IMG/VR virus record: IMGVR_UViG_3300042887_005053
Span: 140,337 to 204,336 of that record
Direction: 5' to 3' (one strand)
DNA length: 64,000 nucleotides
Positions 1 to 8,756 of the stretch are shown here, piece by piece; positions within the stretch are counted from its first letter, which is position 1; every line of letters starts with the position of its first letter. The notes under the pieces are model-generated. The model was given only the letters and a program-made list of their open reading frames with translations. It ran no database searches and was not told where the DNA came from. A program made the position numbers and the translations under genes.

Positions 1-1
1 C

Positions 2-1981
2 ACATCTCAGAAATTTTTTCTTAACGGTACTTATTTGTTTGATGATGTTAATAGTAATTTAGCACTAGGTTATCAATCAATGGGTGGTAATACTGGGTCA
101 GCAATTCCAATCAGAGGTCAGTACAACATGGGAATTGGTTATCAGTCTCTTAATCAAATCAGACAGAATTCGGACTTTAATCTTGGACTAGGTTACCATA
201 CATTACGACAACTACAATCCGGAACTCAAAACATTGCACTTGGATATTTCGCAATGAGAAATATGACGACAGCGAGTAATAACATTTCAATAGGTGCTAA
301 TACTTTAGGTACAACATTTTCAATCTATGATAACATAGCAATCGGATTCGAATCTTTAATTCTTAATAGAAGTAACAGAAATATTGCAATTGGTCATAAT
401 GCTGGTCATGAATTAATACATCAAGATACTGGTTCAAATATTTTCTTAGGTTTTAATTCTGGTGGAGGATTTATCACTGGGTCTAACAACACCTTTATTA
501 CATCCAATGGAAATAATAATTTAGGAATACTTTCTGGAGATAACAATATAATTATTGGTCAAAATATAACTATTAATTCAACAAGCAGGAATGGTAATAT
601 AATTATAGGTAATAGTTTTTCAACGAAACCTGGTTTAACGAATTCAATTATACTATCGGATGGTTCAGGTAATCAGAGAATTCTTGTTAATGAACAAGGA
701 TTTGTTGGTTTCGGTACAGCATTTTCTGAAACTGCTAATACACCACAAGCACTTGTAGATATGAGAGTACTTGGTACAGGTTCAAAAGTTTTGAGAATAG
801 TTGACGGGTCAGAGGGATTAAATAAGGTTTTATTATCTGATTCGCAGGGATTTAGTTCTTGGGCAACTTTGAGTAACCCTGCAACAGTTCAGTTCGGTTT
901 AACTGCAACTGGATCACCATACTCACCTACTTTCTCAGTATTATTAAAGGCTACTTTCTCAGCACTTACTTTCTCTACTATCGAAAGTGGTTTAGCAGTA
1001 AGTCCAAATATTGCAGGAAATGGTCTAAACTTTGTAGATGGTCAATTGAACTGGTCATATGCGCAAGTTATACTGGCAACATCTAGTAGTTTTACAGTAG
1101 GAGCAAATCAAAACAATTATTTCTTTGATATTACAACTGGAAATAATTTGATAACAGTTACTCCACCTTCAAGTGGACTTACTAATGGATTCACATTCTT
1201 AATTAGAAAAGTGGACATCTCTAGTGGTATTATCCAAGTTGCTGGAGTATTTGAGTATAGTGGATCAACAAACATATCCACTTTGACGAGATCTAATCAA
1301 ACGATAGCTTATGTTTACTCTGGTGTAACATTTACTCCTTATACTATAGATGAAGGTGTTATATCACCATCGACTGTATTAGCAAATGTTGGAGCCACTT
1401 ATTCACCAGCAGATGAGGTGGCGGTTTTAGATATACATGACACTGCTCAACAAGCTTTAACATACAATCAAGGAGGATTCGAAAATGATTGGTTAAGTGG
1501 TGTTATATATTCAGCTTATGGTACTCAGTCTTTTGTTGGTTCTGCTACACCAGTTTCAGTTTTTGCTACACAATCAAATAAGTTTATCGGAAGTACTATA
1601 TCAAATACTCTGATACCAGCATTTTCATTAACAAGAGGTAAAACATTCAAATTAAGTATTTCTGGTACTGTTTCGTTATCATCAAATTTAACATTCAATT
1701 CATTAGTTGGGGGAGCAACAGTGAGTTCTACGACTATAAATTCAGTAAATAATGGATTCATAATTGATTTTACATTGAAGACTATGAATGTTGGTATAAA
1801 CGGATCAGTACATGGTTTTGGTATGATATATTACAATGGCACAAGTGTTGCATCATTTATGAATACACCGCCCTATACAACAGTCAATACCGCGATTTCT
1901 AATAGAATTGACTTCACAATTTCAAGTAGTGGTACTCCTAATATCACGATATTCCAGTCGATGATAGAAAGATTGACGTAG
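2..1981 (+). CDS. Tail fibre/virion adhesin with YadA/Hep-Hag-like NxAIG repeats (5'-truncated)
   Basis: The frame is open from position 2 (TSQKFFLNGTYLFDD...). It has 14-aa NIAIG/NLALG repeats and shares segments with 26038..32661. Confidence 0.7.
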   Translation, partial: TSQKFFLNGTYLFDDVNSNLALGYQSMGGNTGSAIPIRGQYNMGIGYQSLNQIRQNSDFNLGLGYHTLRQLQSGTQNIALGYFAMRNMTTASNNISIGANTLGTTFSIYDNIAIGFESLILNRSNRNIAIGHNAGHELIHQDTGSNIFLGFNSGGGFITGSNNTFITSNGNNNLGILSGDNNIIIGQNITINSTSRNGNIIIGNSFSTKPGLTNSIILSDGSGNQRILVNEQGFVGFGTAFSETANTPQALVDMRVLGTGSKVLRIVDGSEGLNKVLLSDSQGFSSWATLSNPATVQFGLTATGSPYSPTFSVLLKATFSALTFSTIESGLAVSPNIAGNGLNFVDGQLNWSYAQVILATSSSFTVGANQNNYFFDITTGNNLITVTPPSSGLTNGFTFLIRKVDISSGIIQVAGVFEYSGSTNISTLTRSNQTIAYVYSGVTFTPYTIDEGVISPSTVLANVGATYSPADEVAVLDIHDTAQQALTYNQGGFENDWLSGVIYSAYGTQSFVGSATPVSVFATQSNKFIGSTISNTLIPAFSLTRGKTFKLSISGTVSLSSNLTFNSLVGGATVSSTTINSVNNGFIIDFTLKTMNVGINGSVHGFGMIYYNGTSVASFMNTPPYTTVNTAISNRIDFTISSSGTPNITIFQSMIERLT

Positions 1982-2027
1982 AAGAGTGTAATATTTATAT
2001 ATACTTTGAAAATTTATTTTATAGTCT

Positions 2028-3824
2028 ATGCCTGTTTACACCGTTTCTAATAATCCAAAGAATATACCAGGATTAAGGTTTTGGTTGGATGCCGCTGATG
2101 AGTCGACAGTAGATTATTTTAATAAAACAATTGGTGATTTTGCTGCAAGGACATATGGTGATACTAGTGGTATTCAAATGCCAAATCAACCGAATAGTAC
2201 TACATATCCTAACTTGCAAGCAGCTTTAGATCCAATTAATGGGTTTGTTACTTTAGAAATGGGAGTTGCTTCTGCACAGGTGTTATCTCCACTACCTATG
2301 CCTGGTACAGTATCATATAACATGGTGACATCAATTAGAGATAAAATTTCAAATACACTTGTAATTTCTACATATTCATTCACACGGGGTAATACTACCT
2401 CAAGAACGATCAGACCTAATTCGTTAATTGGTACACAATCACTAGGAAGAACCCAGTCTATCGTTGGAACAGTTAATTTGGTTGGTGATTATCGAACTAT
2501 GTCAAGAAGTATGCCATATGAGTATAATATTCCAGCACGATTGTACCCAGATTCTTGGTTTGGATTTGCAAGAAAATATCCAAGATATGAAGTAGGAGCA
2601 GTAAACGGAAAAAGTGCAATAAAATTCAACAAACCATTTCCTGGAGAAATTGGTATGATTGCTGACAATGTAGGTTTACTTGATAGTGCAACATATACGG
2701 TTTTTTGTGTTTATGCTCCTGTCAATCCAACGAGTTCCCTACAACTAGGTGCTGGGCTAACTGCTCAAGGTCAATATGTCGTATCAATTTATGATTCTAA
2801 TCGAATTTCAAGACACGGTGGATATCCTAATCTTGGATTTTTCTATGGTGATGGTAATCCTTACAATCAATCTATTGTTGTTACAACTCAATCGACTACT
2901 TTTTCCAGATTTATAAGATGGTCAAAGAATACTATGAATACAGCAAACAGTTCGATAGTTATTGCTCAGTTTAGAAATTCGGCCACATCTTCCAATGGGA
3001 TACCTTTGTATAAGATTCTTACTGAGTCGAATAATTATTTTATGTACGGTTTTACTGGTGTAGGTATTAATTCTGGATCAGGGAGTTTCTTTGATCATAG
3101 AAGAAATAACTCTAGATTTGTTATTGGCTATAATCCTACACTAGGTACAAGCTCATCACAAAGAGAGATATATAATTCGGGCCCGAAACAATTTACTGGC
3201 TACTTTTGTGAGTTTTTATATTATGATCGAGCTCTGACAGACTTGGAAATGTCAAAAGTAAATCAGTATTTAGTAAAGAAGTGGAATGGACCAGTGAAAC
3301 AGTTTCCAGAAAGTTTCATGGTAAGAGACTATACTGTGACTGGTATGCAGCAAACTACCACAAACATCAGTAATACAAATAGAACAGGTGCTTATCAATT
3401 TGAATATTTTTGGCAAACTACTGCTGGAGCACAACAAGGTAGAAATGCTACGGTCACTCCGATTTTAGTCAACACCACACAGCCAATTTTGAGTGGTACT
3501 CCGATGTATTGTAGATTGGAGATAATTCCAAATTTAGCTACTGGTAGTGCGGGTCACACGAATACTTGGAGACATTGGGGTATTTGGTGTGGTGATACTT
3601 CTGGCACTCCATTTGGTAGCTACAGATGGAGTTCAAGAAAACCAGACTTAGTATTCAGACCTGGATTAACCCAGGGTGTTTATGAGTCTACATTTTGTTG
3701 GCCACAGACTGGTAACTCGATGAAATGTGGTTGGGCTTCAACTTTGGGAATCCCTACTCAAGACTACGGATGGACTTTTTCTGGTTGGATAAACATGCAG
3801 TTTGGAAACTTAGAATCTATTTAA
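2028..3824 (+). CDS. Virion protein with LamG/concanavalin-like domain
   Basis: GLRFWLDAAD near the N-terminus and FTGYFCEFLYYDRALTDLEMSKVNQYLVKKW, typical of phage LamG-like domains. A late-type motif lies at 1994-2004. Confidence 0.6.
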   Translation: MPVYTVSNNPKNIPGLRFWLDAADESTVDYFNKTIGDFAARTYGDTSGIQMPNQPNSTTYPNLQAALDPINGFVTLEMGVASAQVLSPLPMPGTVSYNMVTSIRDKISNTLVISTYSFTRGNTTSRTIRPNSLIGTQSLGRTQSIVGTVNLVGDYRTMSRSMPYEYNIPARLYPDSWFGFARKYPRYEVGAVNGKSAIKFNKPFPGEIGMIADNVGLLDSATYTVFCVYAPVNPTSSLQLGAGLTAQGQYVVSIYDSNRISRHGGYPNLGFFYGDGNPYNQSIVVTTQSTTFSRFIRWSKNTMNTANSSIVIAQFRNSATSSNGIPLYKILTESNNYFMYGFTGVGINSGSGSFFDHRRNNSRFVIGYNPTLGTSSSQREIYNSGPKQFTGYFCEFLYYDRALTDLEMSKVNQYLVKKWNGPVKQFPESFMVRDYTVTGMQQTTTNISNTNRTGAYQFEYFWQTTAGAQQGRNATVTPILVNTTQPILSGTPMYCRLEIIPNLATGSAGHTNTWRHWGIWCGDTSGTPFGSYRWSSRKPDLVFRPGLTQGVYESTFCWPQTGNSMKCGWASTLGIPTQDYGWTFSGWINMQFGNLESI

Positions 3825-4079
3825 TAGTTCATCTAAATTTTGTTTATTAAAATCAACTAGATTATCTCCGCCATTTTTTAGATGATTATTTAATAACTCT
3901 TGATAATCTTCATAAGTGTAAAATTTTCCATCTATACCCATAATTACTTGAGTGTCAAATTTAGAAAGTGAATTTGGTAAATTTTGCTCTGGATAATTGG
4001 GTCCCATAACATGTTGACCAACTAATTCCCAACCACTAATCGACTCATTAAATTCATTAAATTTTTTAATTTTCATCAT
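3810..4079 (-). CDS. Small protein with N-terminal capsid-targeting-like tag
   Basis: Starts MKIKKFNEFNES. Confidence 0.6.
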   Translation of the reverse strand: MMKIKKFNEFNESISGWELVGQHVMGPNYPEQNLPNSLSKFDTQVIMGIDGKFYTYEDYQELLNNHLKNGGDNLVDFNKQNLDELLNRF

Positions 4080-4536
4080 CTGTTATAGGAATTTTTTCGA
4101 AGTACTCTTCCTGAGAAGTAAGTGAGTAACAATCGTGTTTGAAATCATAGGACAAATTATACAAAAACCTATCATATATTTTAGTAGTCTCTCCATGTTT
4201 CAATTTTAAAATTGAGACATCATTTTCAAAGTCATTATCAATTGAAATGATTTCATCATCAATTTTACCAAAACTATCATACAAATCACAGATAACTTTT
4301 TTACCAGATGATCTTAGTTCATCAATCTTAGAGCAAACATCATTTTTACTTAGATGTGAGAAACTCATTAAATCTTTTTCCAAAACTTTGTCAAACTTAG
4401 ATAGAAATTCTTCTTCTCTTTTGGTTAGTTTTTCACTTTTTGAAATTTTATCCAAAATAGAGTTAAGAGTCTCATCTTTTACAGACTCTCTCAAATTTAA
4501 ATATTTCGACCATTTTGTAAATGTCATAATTTTCAT
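4066..4536 (-). CDS. Hypothetical protein with DUF6576-like helical motif and tag-like N-terminus
   Basis: Contains LNSILDKISKSEKLTKREEEFL. A reverse-strand late motif lies at 4544-4554. Confidence 0.55.
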   Translation of the reverse strand: MKIMTFTKWSKYLNLRESVKDETLNSILDKISKSEKLTKREEEFLSKFDKVLEKDLMSFSHLSKNDVCSKIDELRSSGKKVICDLYDSFGKIDDEIISIDNDFENDVSILKLKHGETTKIYDRFLYNLSYDFKHDCYSLTSQEEYFEKIPITDDEN

Positions 4537-4603
4537 ACTTAAAGTATATATTAAAGACTTAAAATTATTTTATATATAACTTAATTAAATATGTTTAATA
4601 ATA

Positions 4604-7075
4604 ATGGATAAACAACTGTTATCTGCTCTAAATAATGTTTCTGTTGCACTAGAAAGACTAGCTGATATGTTATCAAAAAAAGATAACAAATCTTCAGCAA
4701 CCACAGCTGCGTTACAATCTAATAAATTAGACAAACAGTTAGTTTCCATTGATAAGGGTGTAAAGCAGTTGCAGTCTGATACTAAGATGATATTAAAAAA
4801 TCAAGAAATTTTAATAAAACTTAGTAAGCAAAAACCAATGGACAAAGATCCAATTGCAAGAGCAGCTGATCCTAAACAAAAAACCAATCTTAAAGATGGA
4901 TTGAAATCTATAATGATGATAGCAGTTGGTGTATTAGCAATAGGTTTAGCATTCAAATTAGTAGGTGGTATAAAATTTGCATCAGTTATTGCGTTAGCAG
5001 TCGCTTTGCCACTTGTTGCAATCGCATTTGAAAAAATTGCTAAACTAAAAGACCTTAAAGGAAGTCAAATGAAAAACTTAGTTTTAGTTACAGTAGCAAT
5101 CGCAACAGCTATAACACTATCATCATTCATTTTATCAATGGTAAAACCGGTCGGAATATTTAAGTTATTTACTGCGATTATGATTGGTGCAATGTTTGCT
5201 GCAGTTTCTCTTGGAATAGGTAAGTTTTTAATTGGTTTGAAAAAAGCTGACATAAATCCGATGCGAGATTGGAAAATGTTAATTTTTCTTCCTGTTGTTA
5301 TGTTGGCAATTTCTGTAGCTATAGCAGCTTCATCTTTTGCCTTACAACTTGTTAAACCAGTTGGTATATTTAAGTTATTTACTGCAATATTGATAGCTGC
5401 TATGTTTGGTGCACTTTCTTTTGGTCTTGGTAAACTGATACAAGCATTTAGAAAAACTGGAAGTATTGCTGATTTGGCAAAGATGGCAATAGCTTTACCA
5501 ATAATATTGGTTGCTATTTCTATTTCTATTGCCGCTTCATCTTTCTTTTTATCTAAGGTAAAACCTATTGGATTGTTTCAATTCTTTACTGCCTTATTCA
5601 TTGCAATTATATTTATACCTATTTCTTTTGCAATACCTTTCTTAGCAAAGGCTATGAGAGGTGTAGACTTAAAAAGAATTGTTTTGTTACCAATAATGAT
5701 TATTGCCCTTGCTGCTTCAATTTGGATAAGTTCATTATTCTTTAGTAAGACAAAAGTTATACCTTTTGGTAAACTAGTCAATATATTAGCTCAAGCAGTC
5801 ACATTAGCTGCTGTTTCAATAGTTTTAAGTTTTGCAATAAAGGTACTCTCGAAAATACCTATCAGTCAGATTATTAAGGGTTCACTAGCGATGATTATAA
5901 TCACTGGTGTGATTATGGTTACTTCACTAATACTATCTGTTGGTAAATATGATAAATATCCTAAACCAGATTGGGCAATAGGTGTTGGTCTAAGTTTAGC
6001 TTTCTTTGGTGTAGGTGCTGTTTTATTGGGAACTCAAGCACTTAATCCTTTCTTTTATGCAGGTTTAGGTATAATAGCTTTAGTGGCAGGAACAGTTGTT
6101 GCAGTTTCTTATATATTAGCAGCTGGAAATTATGAAAAATATCCAAGTGCTAAATGGGTAGGTTCTACAGTGGCTATACTTGGAGGATTTGGTTTGTTGC
6201 TAGTTGCTTTAGCTATAGTTTCTCCGTTACTTTTAGTGGGTGGTCTCGCTTTGTTTGGGATCTCGAAACTAATTAAGTCAATTGATAAAACGTTTTCTGA
6301 GGGCAATTTTACAAAGTATCCTTCACAAGATTGGATAAAGGGAGTTTCTATGTCTATCAAGGGGTTCACAAAAATAATGACTGATACTAGTTTTGGTGAT
6401 GTTTTGAAAGGTGGATTAAAAAGTTTCTTTGGTGGTGGTGTGGATGATGTTGCAAAAGCAATTTTGAAAATTGATAAGATATTTTCAAAGGGTAACTTCC
6501 AAGTTTTTCCAAGCACAAATTGGATGATGGGATTGAGTAATAGTGTAAAACAATATGTAGAACTTGCAAAGTATTTATCAGCAAGTGGTGTTACTTCAGC
6601 AGGTGGTTTACTGGGTGTGATCTTTGGATTCAAAAGTTTGGCAGATGGATATGAACAATTAGCTAAGGGAGTAGGTAAACTTGGTGAAGAGTTAAACAAA
6701 GTTGATACCGAAAAATTAATGGCATTGAAAAATCTGACTGGTTCGATAGTTCTTCTATCTCTTATGGATGTTGATCAATTTGAAGCTATGATGGATGCTT
6801 TAGAGGATAAAGCACAGATATTTATAGACATTATGAATGATCTTGATAAAGCTGAGGCAGAAAAAGTAGAAAAGGGTAAGAAATCAGCACCTGCTTCTAC
6901 TGTGAAAACTGGCGAAAAGAAAAAAGGACCGCCTCCTAAATCTATGGATGATGTTTATAAAGTTCTTGATGCTATTAATATGAAACTTGGTAATATAGAT
7001 AAGTCTAGTAGTAATATTTCCGTCTACATTAACGAAGTAAGAGGTGAAGGTGGGAAATTAAAGAAACAAGTTTAA
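4604..7075 (+). CDS. Probable tape-measure-like protein with hydrophobic helical repeats
   Basis: About 70-aa repeats (VKPVGIFKLFTAI at 5141, 5351, 5558), then about 60-aa repeats (GxYxKYPxxxW at 5942, 6125, 6302, 6491), with coiled-coil termini. Confidence 0.5.
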   Translation: MDKQLLSALNNVSVALERLADMLSKKDNKSSATTAALQSNKLDKQLVSIDKGVKQLQSDTKMILKNQEILIKLSKQKPMDKDPIARAADPKQKTNLKDGLKSIMMIAVGVLAIGLAFKLVGGIKFASVIALAVALPLVAIAFEKIAKLKDLKGSQMKNLVLVTVAIATAITLSSFILSMVKPVGIFKLFTAIMIGAMFAAVSLGIGKFLIGLKKADINPMRDWKMLIFLPVVMLAISVAIAASSFALQLVKPVGIFKLFTAILIAAMFGALSFGLGKLIQAFRKTGSIADLAKMAIALPIILVAISISIAASSFFLSKVKPIGLFQFFTALFIAIIFIPISFAIPFLAKAMRGVDLKRIVLLPIMIIALAASIWISSLFFSKTKVIPFGKLVNILAQAVTLAAVSIVLSFAIKVLSKIPISQIIKGSLAMIIITGVIMVTSLILSVGKYDKYPKPDWAIGVGLSLAFFGVGAVLLGTQALNPFFYAGLGIIALVAGTVVAVSYILAAGNYEKYPSAKWVGSTVAILGGFGLLLVALAIVSPLLLVGGLALFGISKLIKSIDKTFSEGNFTKYPSQDWIKGVSMSIKGFTKIMTDTSFGDVLKGGLKSFFGGGVDDVAKAILKIDKIFSKGNFQVFPSTNWMMGLSNSVKQYVELAKYLSASGVTSAGGLLGVIFGFKSLADGYEQLAKGVGKLGEELNKVDTEKLMALKNLTGSIVLLSLMDVDQFEAMMDALEDKAQIFIDIMNDLDKAEAEKVEKGKKSAPASTVKTGEKKKGPPPKSMDDVYKVLDAINMKLGNIDKSSSNISVYINEVRGEGGKLKKQV

Positions 7076-7100
7076 ACTTAGAGATTTATTTTTATATAAT
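7074..7100 (+). promoter_or_regulatory. Representative AACTT-N15/16-TATAA promoter (early/middle class)
   Basis: The same spacing occurs at 7526, 22386(-), 54158(-), 56534 and 62292(-). Confidence 0.6.
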
Positions 7101-7104
7101 TTAG

Positions 7105-7527
7105 GTGAATATTTTTAAAAAAATAATAACATACAGAAAGTATAGAACTTCTATTTCTAAAATAGAAAGAGAACTATCTACTCAATTTAACATTCGAATC
7201 GATAGTGTTGGTAGATTATATACAGTTTTGAATATTCCTGAAGAAATATTTGAAGAACCGTATAATATGAGAAAGTCTGACATTGATACTATTGCTCAGA
7301 ATTACATAAAAGAGTATTCTACTAACTTATCGGTTTTCTTAAATAAGAATGACCTAATCGAGTTGTATGATTTTTATAGTATACAAAAAGTTGAAAAATA
7401 TAGTTATCTTTTGATTTTTGGATTTTCTCTTATGAATACCGAAAAGTTCTTTAAAAGATTATATTTCAGAGTAATTCCAATAGTTTCGATCATATTACTA
7501 TCAACACTTTTTTTTCTTATTTTCTAA
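7105..7527 (+). CDS. Hypothetical protein with C-terminal transmembrane anchor
   Basis: 140-aa ORF with a hydrophobic C-terminus and an AAACTT-N15-TATAAT site upstream. Confidence 0.6.
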   Translation: MNIFKKIITYRKYRTSISKIERELSTQFNIRIDSVGRLYTVLNIPEEIFEEPYNMRKSDIDTIAQNYIKEYSTNLSVFLNKNDLIELYDFYSIQKVEKYSYLLIFGFSLMNTEKFFKRLYFRVIPIVSIILLSTLFFLIF

Positions 7528-7572
7528 ACTTTAATTAATAAATCAGTTATAATAGAAAAATAGATTATAAAT

Positions 7573-7998
7573 ATGTCAAAATTTTATCATGTTTCTGAAG
7601 AAACAATCGAAACATTTAAGTCGGCTTTCAACAAAAAGTCGTTTCCTTTCAATGTTGGGTTTCAATTTGTTGGATCTGAGTCACAAAAAAACCTAATTAA
7701 GATTTCTAAACTACCAGATCAGTTTTCTTTTCTTTTGGAAAAAGAATTACTGATTTCTATCAATGATGAGTTGATGAGTGTGTTTGACCAAGAATCTATT
7801 CAGATTCTAATGGAACAAGAAATCGATAAAATTTCAGTAAACATGGATACCGGTAAAATTAAGATGATTAAACCTGATTTAACAACTTTCTCAAGCCTAA
7901 TTAATAAGTATGGTATAGAGAAAATTGCTAAAGCGAATAAAGTAGAAGAACTTTACGCTGAACAAAAACAAGATGCTGAAGAAGACTTTTTAGCATAA
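7573..7998 (+). CDS. Hypothetical protein, weak resemblance to putative phage metallopeptidase lacking HExxH
   Basis: ILMEQEIDKI...KIKMIKPDLTTFSSLINKYG. Confidence 0.4.
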   Translation: MSKFYHVSEETIETFKSAFNKKSFPFNVGFQFVGSESQKNLIKISKLPDQFSFLLEKELLISINDELMSVFDQESIQILMEQEIDKISVNMDTGKIKMIKPDLTTFSSLINKYGIEKIAKANKVEELYAEQKQDAEEDFLA

Positions 7999-8009
7999 AA
8001 ATAATATAA

Positions 8010-8723
8010 ATGAATATGGAAAATAATCAAACACTAGAAACAAATGTGGTAAAACCAAGTTTATCATTTTTTGAAAATGATAACGAGTATCGAATGATTA
8101 GCTTTGAAACTGAAGCAGCTTTAGATGCAAAAATTAAAGAAGTTGAAGACTTCTTAAATAACAATCACGGTCGTGGTAAATCAGAAGCTGAGAAGGATCA
8201 ATTATACGCTGATGCTAAGGCTATCTGGGAACAATATGCTACACTATTGAGAGATATGGATTTTTCTTTCTATTTGAACAGAAAACAATATCAGTTCTTG
8301 ACTGAACTTTTGAGAGATAAAATGGAGTATGATGTTAATACTGTATTTTTAGCTATCGAACTAACAGATATGTTGGGTGAGTGGGTTAAAAAAGGTACAA
8401 ACAAAGATGATGATTCTGTACAAGAATATGTCACTGATGCAACAGAAATCACTTATATTTATCACTTGATCGCTAAGCATAAGGTCAAAGGATTAGGTAA
8501 CTCGACTTATAGATTTGCTGAAGTTCTTAAAAGAATCGGTGCTATTTCTAAGATTATCGCTTATTATGATACTCATGCTAAGAACTTCTCAAAAGATATT
8601 CAAGACTGGGTGGCTTCCTTTGAACCTAACATTATGATTGATGGTAAAAGTTGGGGAAAGTCTGAAGTCGAATCTGAAAATACAGATTCAAAAAAGAAGT
8701 CTAAAAAAGAAACAACAATCTAA
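8010..8723 (+). CDS. Hypothetical helical protein
   Basis: 237-aa ORF in the same operon, followed by a terminator. Confidence 0.6.
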   Translation: MNMENNQTLETNVVKPSLSFFENDNEYRMISFETEAALDAKIKEVEDFLNNNHGRGKSEAEKDQLYADAKAIWEQYATLLRDMDFSFYLNRKQYQFLTELLRDKMEYDVNTVFLAIELTDMLGEWVKKGTNKDDDSVQEYVTDATEITYIYHLIAKHKVKGLGNSTYRFAEVLKRIGAISKIIAYYDTHAKNFSKDIQDWVASFEPNIMIDGKSWGKSEVESENTDSKKKSKKETTI

Positions 8724-8727
8724 ATTA

Positions 8728-8753
8728 AAAACCCTCTTAATTGAGGGTTTTTT
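8728..8753. terminator. Bidirectional intrinsic terminator
   Basis: AAAACCCTC-ttaatt-GAGGGTTTT between convergent genes. Confidence 0.8.
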
Positions 8754-8756
8754 ATT

